Source: Eledone cirrhosa (lineage: Eukaryota). Taken from it: 64,000 bases of DNA. Positions within the stretch are counted from its first letter, which is position 1, and every line of letters begins with the position of its first letter. Position numbers and translations under genes: made by a program. Positions 13,290 to 26,314 of the stretch are shown piece by piece. The notes under the pieces are model-generated. The model made no database searches, was not told where the DNA came from, and worked only from the letters and a program-made list of their open reading frames with translations. Where the stretch lies: positions 44,082,001 through 44,146,000 of the forward strand of contig OZ024744.1 of assembly GCA_964016885.1 (NCBI GenBank), given 5' to 3'.

Positions 13290-13369
<80 letters not shown>

Positions 13370-13522
13370 TATACATATATATATATACACACACACGCAC
13401 AAATACAACAGAAGCATACAAAATACAATTATATATACATATATATACATACAGATAAATATAAACATACATATACACACATATACATATATATATATAT
13501 ATACATACATATATATATATAC

Positions 13523-13569
<47 letters not shown>

Positions 13570-13619
13570 TATACGCAACACACACACACGCACACAAAAA
13601 TAAATATCTAAAAATAAAA

Positions 13620-15800
13620 AAGTTCGTTATGTGAAGGGTAAGACAGGAAGTAGGGGGGAAAATAAGGAAAATAAATGACATATGAAAAGGTTTAAATTTA
13701 AGAGGAGATTAGGGAGAAAAAGAATACGAGAATACAGAAAGTGAATTCAGATGGTAAAAAAACCCCGTAGTGGATGTAAGGCGTAGAGAGCAGAGAAGGA
13801 GTTCAAGGTGTTGAGTTATCGTAGGAATGTCAATCCAGTTACAGATCAGATGTGATTTCAGGTGAGGACAACATCTGAAGATCTCGGTCTTTGACTTCAG
13901 GCAAGCAGAAGTGGCTTTCAAGTTTTGTAAAATCCTAAATTTTTCAGTGGTACACAATTCTTTGTGCCCCTTTGGTACTCCCTCGAATGGTCTAAAATAA
14001 ACCAATCGATAGAGTACGGGATGTTTTTATCCTTGAATTCCCACACCTTACTTGCGAGGGCCGTTGCTGTTCTTTTATCGGAGTGCTTAAAAGAAGCGAC
14101 ATGCGCATAAAACCTGGTTTTAAACCTGTCCTGGGTCATGCCAACATATCGTTCACTCCTGGCTGGCTGGTTGTTGATTAAAGGTGTCACTTTGGCCTCA
14201 AATACAACGGATTTGGTGTTACATTTGCCCTGTAATGGGCATTCATCCGGCTTCCTGCAACTGCATCCTGGATTTATTCTCGTACGATTTGAATTAGTGA
14301 TTTTAGACTTCATTGATGGGCAACAAGAGTAACTGATCTTAACTACATTCATATTAAATATCTTTTAATATCTATGATTAGGAGGAAAATGTTTATCTAA
14401 GAGGTCAAGGAATTTCCTTCCTACATTAGTTTTGACAGTTAGAGAGAAGGGGGTGTAGCCAAATAATTTTCCTTTTCCTATTATTGTGGTTAGTTTTATG
14501 GGGGGGGGGGGGTAAATAATTACTTTGTTCTGTAAATCCGCTGTTATTAAGGGCTTTATTATAATAAGGGGCAGCTTTATTAAAAATGTCTAGAGACGAA
14601 GATAAGGTAGAAATCCTACGGCTAATGTTGGGAATAAGATTTTAAAAACTATAGGGGGATGGCAAGACTCTTTGTGTATATATCTAAGATTTTCGTTAGG
14701 TTTATGATAAGGTTTAAAAGAGGCAGTAAGTAGATCAAGATTAATGTCAAGAAAGTTAGCATTGGTAAGGTTCGTATCTATAGTAATTTTAAGGTTAAGA
14801 TTAGCAAAAGTATTGATTAAATCTTTACGGAATTTATCAAGGTTATGGCCGTTGGTGGTATGAGAAACTGCCAATCCGTCGTCACGGTATAAACCGATAT
14901 TATGGGACGGAAATTTCTCTTTGTCGGTGTGGAGAAGGAATAATCCTACTAAGTCACACACATCCGCACTGTCATATGAACCCATTGCAACATCAAAAGA
15001 GTTTTCAGGGTTTGACTTTTTAACCCAAATACTTTCATTAGTAAAGAGTAAAATTTTTCTAGCATGAAAGATAATGTCTTCTTCTAATTTAGAAATATTA
15101 ATGAAGGGTCTTGCAAACTCTAAGGCATTAGTTAATAAGGAAACAGTAATAGAGGGGTAAAAATCAACAATATCAAATTGGGTAAATCTACACTTATTTT
15201 TACCTTGTATATTATTAAACCAAGAAATAACAGAGGATGTATTTAACCATTGTGATAGGTCAGTCTTAGTTCTAATTTGGATTTTTTTACTTGCAAGGCC
15301 AACTTCGGATTTAGCCGGGGTAATCAGTCTACAACTAGGTCGATTAGTAAAGTCTAATTTATGGTCTTTAAGGGTAATATATGCTTTACGTTTAGCTAGG
15401 CTTTCAATCCGGTTGTCTATTTTTAAAGAACTACCTAGTTTTTTAGCTTCTTTATTAATAGTATTGTAGGTATTATTATTAGTTAATTGATATTTGTTGG
15501 TGATACTATTAGTTAAAAGTTGGTTATACAAAATACTATTAACTTCAAAGAGATTTTTAGTTTTATCGGAAAGAACAAAAGTGTTTGTAGAATTTTTAAA
15601 ATTAGAAATATCGTTAGACAGTTTAGTTTAAAAATGATTATTGTACTTACGAAATTTGATATCACTAATCAAATTAACAAGGTCTTATTCGAAGTTGGCC
15701 ATGTCTTTAATTCTAGGTGGATATTTACGGGATTTTATGTCAAAACAATCATTAGTATCAGCACTGAATAGTCCATCGTAAACCATTGCCTTCCATCTCA
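13620..15800 (-). mobile_element. PLE family A (Hydra-like), degraded: N-terminal RWKA/DKT region, RT, GIY-YIG
   Basis: FTQFDIVDFYPSI, AMGSYDSADVCDLVG and GLYRDDGL (14590-15531); GCSCRKPDECPLQGKC...YVGMTQDRFKTR (13918-14352); MRWKA at 15800. Confidence 0.9.
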
Positions 15801-18800
15801 TGTTGCTGTGTTTGATGATGTAATGTTATTAATGTAGATGATGAAAAGAAGTGGGCCCAACACAGTGCCTTGTGGGACGCCACTGCTGACTTTGGCAGGG
15901 CTTGATTTTACTCCTTCGACTACAACATGCTGGGTTCTGCCTGTCAGGAAACATTTGATCCACAGTAGTAACCTTCCAGAGACACCAACATTGGATAGTT
16001 TTTTCAGTAGAATCTTATGATCAACCCTGTCGAAGGCCTTGCTGAAATCAAGGTAGATGACATCAGTCTTGGAGCCCTCGTCCCAGGCTCCCAAAACATC
16101 GTCAAAGGGATGCAGGAGTTGCGTTAGACAGTCCCTTCCATTACGGAATCCATGTTGGCTGGATTTCAGCAGGCCATTGCTTTCAAGAAAGTGGGTTATT
16201 CGTGATCTCACTACCCTCTCAAATACCTTGATAATATGAGAGGTGAGTGAGATCGGACGGTAGTTCACTGCAAGGGTCTTATTTCTCTCTTTGAAGACTG
16301 GGACAACGGACTGGGACAGAAAGTTTTCAGGAATATAGCCAGTGTCCAGTGAGTTCCTCCACAGATTAACAAGAGGAGTTGCAAGTTGGTGTCAACACAC
16401 CTTCAGGACACAAGCAGGGAACTTGTCGGAGCCTACTGCTGAATTGTGTTTAATATAGTTTATTGCCGCTAAGATATCCGGGGCGCCAAACGTTATGTCT
16501 GATATAGTGTGTTGGGGGTTAATATCACTGATACGGCCCAGATCGGCCATATCAGAGTTGCTGAAAACAGAGCAGTATTGTTTCTGAGGTATCTCGCCCA
16601 TGGTTTTGGCATTGTCCTGGAGTGTGCCACTTTCATCAACTAGGGTGCCAACAGTGGAGACGGTGACCTTGTGTTTTTTAGCGAATGAGAAGAACACTTT
16701 GGGGTTGAGTTTTATTTTCTCAATGGCCTACCTCGCTTCAGCTATTCTCTGGTTATTGATGATGGTCATCATGCATTGTTGGAGGTTATATTTTTTTTAC
16801 TCAAGCAGGGTGATAGCCATTGAATGTGTGTGTTGCTGTTGGCAGTATTTTAGTGTGTTAATTTTTTTGTTTGTTCTTTTTATTTTTCTGATAATTGTTT
16901 TTCTGTTTTGGGGGATACTGCACTTGGTTTTGTTCACAGGTTTTGGTGGGGTGTGTTTTGTACATATATTTGTGACAGTGTCTACAAAGATCTGCCAAGA
17001 TGTTTTGATGTTGGTGGAAGTGTGTGAGTGTGTAAAAGACCAGTCGACATGTGATAGTTCGTTCATAATTGCATCCCAGTTGGCATCATTGTGGAGATCT
17101 ATGTTATCAAATGGGTGGGCTGGAGAGAGGACCCTGGGATTAGCTTTCGGCTGGTGGAATCTCAGGTTACAAAGAAACATGTCATGGTCTGAGAGAAGGG
17201 TTTTTTCCACTGTAATATTATGTATAGTGTTAGTGTGCTTACTAAACACTAGATCCAGAATGTTCTTCTGATGCCTCGTTGGTACAAGGACAAGTTGGGA
17301 CAAGAAAAACTCATTAATGAAGTCAAGAAGTGACTCGACAGCCTCTTTGTCAGTGGTTGAGGCTGTGGAGCCTGGTTTCAAACTACATGTAGACCAATGG
17401 ACACAGGGTAGATTAAAGTCTCCCATCAAAAGTATGTTGCTAGAATGGCACTGTTTAATAAAGCATTTAATACTGTTGAGGCATTCTTTGAAACAGATGA
17501 TGGGTGTTTGTTGTGGCCTATAGAGCCCAGCTAATGTCAGGTCATTGGCTTTATTGTGCACAGTGACTGATACACAGTAGCCATTGGAGAATGTTGTGTT
17601 ACCACCTGCTGTAAAGGAATCATGCAGGAAAATGGCAGTCCCACCCTTCCTTCTGCCAACACGATCCGCACGGAAGGTTGTGAAATTGCTCACTCTTACT
17701 TCGGTCTCCAAGTGGGAGTTGTCAAGGTGGGTCTCAGTAAGAATGAAGAAGGGGGTGTGAAATGGATGGTTACCAACCCAATCCTCAATGAATTGGATCT
17801 TCCATTTCTGTGCATTGATCGATGGGCTGATACCTTGTGTATTGAGTAAGAATGTGGAGGCTAGTGTGGTGGCTGGTTTTGACTGTTGCAGGGGGCTTGT
17901 TTTGTGATTGTGTGTTAGTGACAGCAAGGATGGTGTTGGGTGATGGCTAAAATGTTTTTCTCTACCTCTTTTGCCAGGTTCATGGCTAAAAAAGAAAGAT
18001 TTTTTTTTTGTTCAGGGAGCAGTTTTTGATTGGATTTGTGGTTACAACATCGGATAGGGTTGCAGTTTCCTCTTTTGTTGTTGTTGTTGTATTTGTTGTT
18101 GTTGTGATCGTGTCTTTGTGATAGGACTGGAGCAGCATTACTTTTGTTGTTTTTATTGTTGTAATCATGTCTTTATGAGGAGACTGGAGCAGCATTACCG
18201 CAGCAGGGGGTGGCTTTGTTGTGGTTTGTGGGTTGGCATGAAGCCCCTTTTCTGTTCGTGCGTTGTGTCCCAGGAAGATGAGTGAAGGGACAGTCAGTCA
18301 GCAGACATAGCCTCTCGCGTTGGGAATGTTGGCAGATTTTGGGACTATACGTGCAGGCAGTGTGCTTTGGTGTTGGCTGGCAGTGTTAGTGCGCCTAGTA
18401 CCCGGTAAATGGGTATATATACAGTCGCTACGTGTGCATAGCCTCTGACCTAGTGAGTAGCGGCATATTTGGGGGTCTCTAGTATGTGTAGTGGGAGGTG
18501 TATACAGCTCCATAGAACTTTTTTTTATAGTTCTTTTGACTATGGCATGGCTTTGGTGGTGATGTGGGGGAAGAAAGCATTAGTGGTGATGATGATGATG
18601 ACAACTGTGATGGGAGAGAGAGCAGTGGGCCATTACTAGCAGTTGGTGTGGCAGAAGATGTAGATGTGGCAGGAGTTGGTGACGGTGGTGATGGTGATGG
18701 CGATAATGATGGCTGAGTGAGTGGCTGAGTGATACTGTTATTCAGTAGCTCGGCGATTATGCTTGAATTCAGTAGTGGTTGCTCCTGGTTGTTGTTGTTG

Positions 18801-19100
18801 TGGCTGTTGTTGTGTTTGTCCATTAGAGTAAATATGTCGAAGTTTTTCAAAATGGTTTTGAATTAGTTTGAAAGAGACTTCTACATGTTTTAGTTTGTTG
18901 TGTATCTACTTAGCAGATCTTGTCGTAAATATTTGGGCTGTTTTTTCAGCAATTTCATTCAGACATGACGCGTTAATGTTTGATGTTTGTGACAGAGAAA
19001 ACCATGTATTTATTAAAAAGTCAATTTCATTTTCAGACCAATTTCGTCCGTTGTGGGTTTGCTGGTCAGTAGTCATTTTTTTTAATTTTTTTTTTATCCT
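15801..19100 (-). mobile_element. CR1/L2-group LINE, 3'-truncated: ORF1 with CCCH fingers, APE endonuclease, N-terminal half of RT
   Basis: ILTETHL, GLYRP, LMGDFNLP, NILDLVF and LSDHD (16797-17927); NYRPISLTS, YLDFSKAFD and SGVPQGTVLGPLLF (15798-16268). Confidence 0.9.
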
Positions 19101-19139
19101 TGTGTGCGTTTTAAATATTTGTTATTTGATACGTGAGTG

Positions 19140-19346
19140 AGACTTCGGTTATTTGAAGAAATTAAAGAATCGCGTATATATATATATTTTCTTTATTTTC
19201 TCTCATAGATGTGAGTTTGTTTGTTTGAGGATGTTAATAGTTTTTGGTTATTTGGTTGTTTGAAGATATCCAAGGAAAAACGAGTGTATATAATATTATT
19301 TGAAAAAACGGGTGTATATAATGTTATTTGAAGAAATTAAAGAATC

Positions 19347-19410
<64 letters not shown>

Positions 19411-19570
19411 TCTTTTATGGAGTTTGTAGGGAAAGCACGTGTATTTGTATATACTTTTTTTCTTTATGTGAGTGAGCCTTTGGTTATTTGAAGATATTAA
19501 GGTAGCGTATATATATAGATGTGTATTCTCTTTTATGGATGTGAGATTTGGTTATTTGGTTGTTTAAGGT
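19140..19570. repeat. Degenerate tandem repeats upstream of LINE ORF1, possibly its 5' UTR
   Basis: Recurring GGTTATTTGAAGA(AATTAAAGAATCG) and GATGTGAG blocks. Confidence 0.5.
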
Positions 19571-19573
19571 ATA

Positions 19574-19612
19574 TGACCCTGAAGATTACGAAAGCATGAA
19601 AGTGCTTGTTCA
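19574..19612 (+). ncRNA. Minimal hammerhead in a 160-bp pLTR-like fragment (19572-19730), a mutated copy of 54792-54953
   Basis: tgacc CTGAAGA ttac-gaaa-gcat GAAA gtgc TT gttca. Confidence 0.65.
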
Positions 19613-19723
19613 ATTAACACTTAACATTTAATATTCTACTATGCTATTTCATTCTAATACTATTATAATTTTAAAGGATTGAATATAAAACAAGTGAATC
19701 AGACAAAGTTGGAATTCCTTTTA

Positions 19724-19796
<73 letters not shown>

Positions 19797-19997
19797 ATAC
19801 TTGGGGAGGGTCATATTTGTGTAATATTGCCAGAATTAATAACAGAACACACTCACTGTTTGGTTGGTTTTCGCTTCTCGCTTCTGTGTCTTTTATATCG
19901 GTAATCTAACTTACTCGGTTCTCAATGTTGCCATTGACTGACCGACGGTCAAAAATAATACAGATACAATATAGACACAAACACATATATATAGTTT

Positions 19998-20039
19998 ATC
20001 ATAAATCTTTCGTTGCACATCTGCAACATCGTCAGTGGT
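19998..20039 (-). ncRNA. Minimal hammerhead in the 3' pLTR of PLE B1, partly degenerate
   Basis: Minus strand reads acca CTGACGA t gttgca-gatg-tgcaac GAAA gatt TA tgat. Confidence 0.7.
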
Positions 20040-20278
20040 GTTATATTTTCCTCCTGTTGTATTGTATGTCTACGCCATTTTTATTCAGTCTGTCTATATA
20101 TTTATTTATTTATTTGCTTGTTTGTTTATTTTATTTTGTCTTCTTTGCGCATGCGTTTACGTGTGTGTATAGTGTTTTGCTTGCTGTGTGATGGGTGACT
20201 AGTGTGTGTTTATGTGCCTGTTGTTATTGTGCTTGTGTATGTATTTATTTATTCACCTATTTTACCCTATTTACTTAT

Positions 20279-22700
20279 TTATACTTCTCTTAGGTCAGTG
20301 TTGTTTGTTTGGGTGTTGTTGTTATTCCATTCATTCTTTCTGTTTAGCCTTGGTCTTCTAATTTCTATTTCACTGGCCTCTCTTATTTGCCTATCTGCTG
20401 GGTCATTTCTATGTTTAGATATTATTCTAATTTCTATGTTGTCTATGTTACCGTCATGTTGTTGTCTAGCATGTTCGTATAGTACTGGCCCGTTTTTTCG
20501 TCCTTTTAGTTCCCCCCAGTGTTGGTCTATCCTTTCACCTATGCTACGAGCTGTCTCACCTATGTATGTTGTTGTCATGTTTCTGCAAGTACCTCTGTAC
20601 ATCTTATGCTATAGACTACGTTTCTAGTTTTACAGTTTATCCGGGGGTTCACCTTACATATGATACATTTCCTATTGGTACAGTGGGTTTTCTTAAAAGG
20701 GTAGGTTTTGCTGATCAGGGATTTTATGGTGGTTCCTTGCTTTGCTACCACCTTTATTTTAAAGTGGGTCTTTCTCAGGGCCTTTCTACACTGGTTAGCT
20801 AATTTCCCTCCAGGGGTGGCGTCCACAAACATGACACTCTGGTATCTCTGGTTGTCTTACCATGAGGTGGCTTTCCCTATCTTATGTCTAGCCCTATCTA
20901 AGCTATTCCATGATTTGTTCCTGTATAATGGGCAAATTCCTTTCATGTCCAGTTCTATGAGGGTCTTATACTTTTCCATGGCTCCTTCGTATACTCTGAC
21001 TCTCTCTCTTTGGTTGTAGCCAGAGAACTGCATGCGGTTGATGAAGTGTTGGATGTGTCTTTCCTTTTCTGTTGGGTCGCACATGCGGCACACATTCTTC
21101 ATCACTCGTACCAAATCTGCGATCATAATATTAAACTTAGCACTACTGGACATTGCTAAGTTTTTGAGTATCAGGTATTTGGAGGCCATGGGTTTAGCAT
21201 AGGGTGAGTGAATAATTTGGGCTCTCTCGTCTATAGTGTTAATCCAGAGTTCTGTGTCTAATACAGGTAGTCTATTGTTAGGGTGTTTGGAAGGGAAGTC
21301 GATAGTTACAGTTATACTCTGGTGTATGGAATTAGCTATCTGCTGGATGCTTTCCACCGTGTTACGTTCTAAATCAAACTTGTTAGTGCTCTCTAGTGGG
21401 GGTGTTCTTATAACTATATTGATATCGTCTACATAACGAGAGTACATGATGAGGTCTATGGAGCTCTCATTAAGGAGGTCTTTAAGTCTCCTTTCCCACC
21501 ATACCATAAAAAGGTTGGCAACATCACCAGCTATGCTGACGCCGATGGCTGCTCTCTCATTTTGGGTGTAGATCTTCTCGTTGAACTTAAATATGTGGCC
21601 CTTTAGGGTAGTTTTGATACTAGCCCCTATTGCATGTGCGACCATTTTTCTTACCTGATCATTGTTTTGGGGGGTCCGTATAGCTTTGGTCCACCCAATC
21701 CACCTTCCCATGGGAGTCTTTTTTGCCATTAAGGTTATGGTGGGGGGTCTATCTCTTATAGGTCTACTAGGGCAGAAACATCTAAGGTCATGGCTGTCTA
21801 GGTAGTCAGTGTCGTAGATAAGTCTAAGTAGGAGGCCCAGTTCGTCTGTGTCTACGTCGCAGAACTCCACCTCACTCTCAATGATCATCTCCACACATCT
21901 TTTCACAGCAAAATCAATGTTAATGGATGGGTACAGTGACACCACATCCATGCTGCCTATTATGCAGTTGGATAGGCTCCTGTTTTTGTTGCACTCACTG
22001 ATTCTGCTGAGGAGGTCCTCTGTACTGTCACATACATCTGGGGACATCTTGATTATGGGGCGTATAACCATTGAGAGGAAGTAGGAGATCCTGTAGTTGC
22101 TAGCTATATTAGCTCCGCATACGGGTCTTGTTGGTGGTCCTGTTGTCGGGTCGTCGACTGTCTTGTGGTCTTTGCGGAGCACATACAAGGGTGGTATGTC
22201 ATTGTTAGACGCCTGGAAGTTGTTGGCAGTGCGTCTGCTTGGCTTTAGGATGTCAGTCCACATCATCATGTGAGCGTTGAGGATTTTCTCTCTCCCATCG
22301 TGTGTTTGTTATGCAATTTCGCTCGTGTTGGTGATGTGGGGTTGCATAGCCTCGATGTAGTTCGGCATGCTATCTATTGACATCCTACCAGACTTATCCG
22401 TGGGTAGACATACTACCTCACCATCCCTTGTGCGCTGCTTGAGGCTAACCAAGCCTTCTACAGGTTTCCTCCCAAGTTGTTGGGCCTCTGGTCTGCTCTG
22501 TCTCTTAGTATACCTGTCTACTATTTGTCTAATCTTATTTCTAGCTATAGTGAACTGTGCCTCTGTCTCATCATCTATCTGTTGTGGTATGCAAACTCTT
22601 TTATTAAAGGGTAACCTCGTAGGATAGATATTACCCATCTTATATGTTTTGTCAGCTGGGTTGAAAAATAGTTTCTCTAAGGGGTTGTCATTATATCTAT
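20279..22700 (-). pseudogene. PLE RT and GIY-YIG polyprotein interrupted by a few stops and frameshifts
   Basis: ORF pieces at 22309-22700, 20857-22269, 20575-20832 and 20279-20602 are colinear. Confidence 0.85.
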
Positions 22701-22884
22701 CGTCATAGTTGTGTGTGTTGCTATTATTGTTATCATGGTGGTTGTTGTTGTTGCTACATGTACTATTTCCAACCAAACAGTGAGTGTGTTCTGTTATTAA
22801 TTCTGGCAATATTACACAAATATGACCCTCCCCAAGTATAACAATATTTGTTTCGACACTCGATTTCATATAAAAACCTCGCAA

Positions 22885-22959
<75 letters not shown>

Positions 22960-22960
<1 letters not shown>

Positions 22961-23237
22961 GCAGCGACGTGGTTAGTCGGTCTAGTCAATGCATGTGTGA
23001 GTGACAAAGCGTGGCAGAGGCGAGGAACAACGATACGCTACCTGACTCTGGCAAAAGTCGACTGGTGAAGTGTTTGGAACCACTCTATTTATACAGAAAC
23101 AATCGTTTGATGTTTAGCCGGTGTGTAGGCGTTTATTCTGGTAGCTTTTAAGGGTTCTTTTGTTTCACGTAGCGGTAGCTAGCTAACAGGTAGATGGCGC
23201 TGTATATTTCACAGATGTTATTTCCGGTGGCTGTACA
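22960..23237. mobile_element. Possible solo LTR
   Basis: TG...CA ends with a short imperfect inverted repeat (TGCAGC/GCTGTACA), AATAAA on the minus strand, and (TA)n flanks. Confidence 0.35.
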
Positions 23238-23249
23238 TATATATATATA

Positions 23250-23513
23250 TGGCTTTGTGCAGTGCCTTTGATCACTATAAAAGCTTCACGGCACAGGCAT
23301 TGCTTTATATCTGGAGATCTCTCTGCACTTGTCGTCACATGGTACCATGGGACCAGCACTATGTGTCAATAATTGTCACAAGTGTAGTGTTTGTACCAGA
23401 GTTTTCAAGTCGCTGGCTGGACTAAAATGTCACACTCGTTCAGCGCATCGGTAGGAGTTGTCCTACATGGATGTAAAGTAGTGGCCATACTCGAAAGCGA
23501 GTTGGCAGCCACC
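23250..23513 (+). mobile_element. Family G repeat, 3' fragment
   Basis: Matches 54460-54725. Confidence 0.85.
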
Positions 23514-23572
23514 ATATATATGTATATATATATATATATAAACGGAAAAAAATGAAACGAAATGAAACGAAA

Positions 23573-24085
23573 AAGAAACAACAGCCATCCGCAGAGCTAT
23601 CAGACGAGAGGGACTAGATATCCAACTGGCCCACTCAGGTCCTTCTCTACGCGGACAGCTAGCCAAAAGACACTCCACCAGACATGACAACTGCTGCAGA
23701 CTAGCCAACTGCCCCATCAATGACACAGACCTATGCCACCAGGCTTACGTCGTATACAGACTAGAGTGTGACAAATGCAGCAACTTCTACGTAGGTAGCA
23801 CCACCAGACCACTCCACATAAGAATAAAAGAACACCTCAATACTAACGCTTCCTCATTTAAGAAATACCTAGTTAAATGCAAAAACACCGACAACACCAT
23901 AACAGTTAGGATAGAAACTAAGGAAAGAAACCTCGGCAATCTTAGAATTAAGGAAGCACTAATTATAGACAAAACATAACCACCAATCAATAATAGACTA
24001 GAACTCAACACCCAATTTATAACTTGATAGAGCTTCTAGCCCCATATTTACACACACCCAACACACACACACGGACACACACACG

Positions 24086-24125
<40 letters not shown>

Positions 24126-24685
24126 CACACACACACACACACACACACACGCTTACACCACCACTCATTCTCTCTCACACACACATACACACACAAAACC
24201 AATTCTAACACGAGATAACATCTATCCCCCACATTTACGTATAGACATATCTTCTCACACTCACACACACACACTCACATACTTACACCTTCATGCATAC
24301 TCCCACACACTTAAACAGGCATGTACAACCCCCCCCCCCCAAAAAAAAACCCCATTTCAAAGGGAGACTACTCTTTATCCACCTAATCTTAACTTTTTGA
24401 CATTAGAGATAGAACAGATACTCTATACTATTTCCTGTCAGCATGACTTGGCAAGCTATTTTAACACTGGATTAACAGCTTTACTTCCCTCTGAAGAAGA
24501 GATATTATCTCAAAAATTAAGGATATTTAAATAAATCTAAGGTAAAAGACTAATTGTCAACAATATCTTTTGCATTTGTATTCTTTATTCTATGTCCATA
24601 CCTGCATTGTTTTGGCTTTATTATACATATACAAACGTTTATACCTCATTACACAATGCTTCAAGTGAACTATAACCTCCTCGTA
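23573..24685 (+). mobile_element. PLE family C, 5'-truncated (GIY-YIG and pLTR); HHR at 24488-24522 has GAAA mutated to AAAA
   Basis: Near-identical to 46893-47900; encodes FYVGSTTRPLHIRIKEH. Confidence 0.9.
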
Positions 24686-24744
24686 TATCTATATGTATAT
24701 ATATATATATGTATATATATAGGTATATATACATATACATATAT

Positions 24745-24788
<44 letters not shown>

Positions 24789-24849
24789 ATATATGTATAT
24801 ATATGTATATATATACATATATATGTATATATATATATATTTAGTTATA

Positions 24850-25965
24850 GGAATAACCAAAAAGTGTTTAGAAATACATTGTTTTATTAGCTAACAGTGT
24901 TTCATCCATACACCATGGCAGGAATTATCAGAGCCTATAAACAAGAGTATATCAATAGTTGCATGCTCCATCGAGCTGCGTCACCAGGACAAGTTTAAAG
25001 GACCAGCAAGGGGGTCCCGAGTTCAGCTTTATATGGAAAAAGACAAAATACATGATGCACATAATGTCAGAAAATATCTTAAAAATTTAAAAATTTAAAA
25101 TTACACCATAAATGTATCACTTAAATGGTGCAATAGATGATAAAGAGGTTGGGAGAGGGTAGCAAGAGATAAGTGAGGGTATTACTCAGCATGATCAGAA
25201 ACAATAAGAAAATAATAAAAAAAATAATAAAAAAAGTACAAAAATACAGGGATAAGAAAAGAGATAAATATAAAAATACAAAACAATAAAGGAACAAAAA
25301 GCCCGGAAACCCCCCCCAAAATATAAGATAAAGCAGAGCATAGATACATCAAAGCACAAGCAGTGCAAAAAGAGGGTGTTCAGGCAGATCAATAAAGTTT
25401 GCAAGCATGAGTCTGTGAGAAGAATTGTTGGTTAGCAGTGGTGTAGCCTTACATGTATGATAGTCCATATGAGGGATGGTGTACTCCAATTATATCGCCT
25501 TGTAACAGATCGATTCTCCTTATCATATCCGCACCCTACGAACCACATCGATATGTTCCAGTTCCGAACGTTAAGTGAGATAACACTGTTTTTCCAAAAG
25601 CTATACCCAGGGGATTTATCACCATAGGCGGTCTGGGATATACACCTAAAATCCAAAATAAAAAGTAAAAGAAAGTACGACGAGTTAAAGAAATATATGG
25701 TACATATACAGCCGGCACAGATGTAAGGAAATGGAAAACACGCCAGGTCCGCAGAAACTGGCATTCCCCAAAATCCTCACGTTCGGTCGCTCAATCCAAC
25801 GTGCCAGGTGAAGTTCACTGTATGTCCAAGTTGGCGTTCAACCAATGTATCGCACCGCATACAATTGTACCACAGTAAATACAAATCGTGATGGCTATCC
25901 CGTTACATATAGAAAAAAAATGTATATAGGAAACTCCGCTTCCAGAATCACATGTGGCAGAATGA
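24850..25965 (-). mobile_element. Old degenerate PLE 3' end: GIY-YIG remnant and HHR-like motif at 24889-24935
   Basis: Minus strand has a CG..RYIG*T-like remnant near 25850 and ggct CTGATAA ttcc...ggat GAAA cactg TT agct. Confidence 0.45.
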
Positions 25966-26278
25966 ACATATTGTTATAATAATAGACGGGTTTATTATAG
26001 TGAGTGCAAATTTCTGTAGAATATATAGATATATATAGAAGAGAGAACTCACAACCAAACCTGTCAATGACAGGTATTTTATTTATATTTCCGCCACGTG
26101 GTTTTCGTTTAGATTATTGACTCCGGAGGTTACAATCCATTCACAGTCGGGTGTGACCCCTCCTGTGTGTGACGCCTCCTGGGGCGGCGGGAGTTCAATA
26201 TCCAATGCTGCACATTGCCTTGAGTGTGGTTCTATAATTCATCATGCATGTCGGGGCATATTGATATATTTGTCAACG

Positions 26279-26313
<35 letters not shown>

Positions 26314-26314
<1 letters not shown>

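Larger units (their letters stand above)
12514..13291. mobile_element. Non-coding HHR element (retrozyme or non-autonomous PLE) with inverted arms of about 226 bp
   Basis: 12514-12741 is the reverse complement of 12952-13177, and 12927-12952 is the reverse complement of 13267-13291. Both ends abut (TA)n. Confidence 0.8.
19791..22889 (-). mobile_element. PLE family B1: RT with a long fingers insertion and C-terminal GIY-YIG; 78-bp inverted terminal copy
   Basis: TDKSGR, GSMDVVSLYPSI, AAIGVSIAGDVANLFM, YSRYVDDI and YIGETARSIGERIDQH. 19791-19868 is the reverse complement of 22769-22846. Confidence 0.9.

Noticed and set aside
19791-22889. Reading the inverted termini as DNA-transposon TIRs
   Set aside because: The interior encodes RT and GIY-YIG, and the arms are unequal copies of the PLE 3' pLTR.
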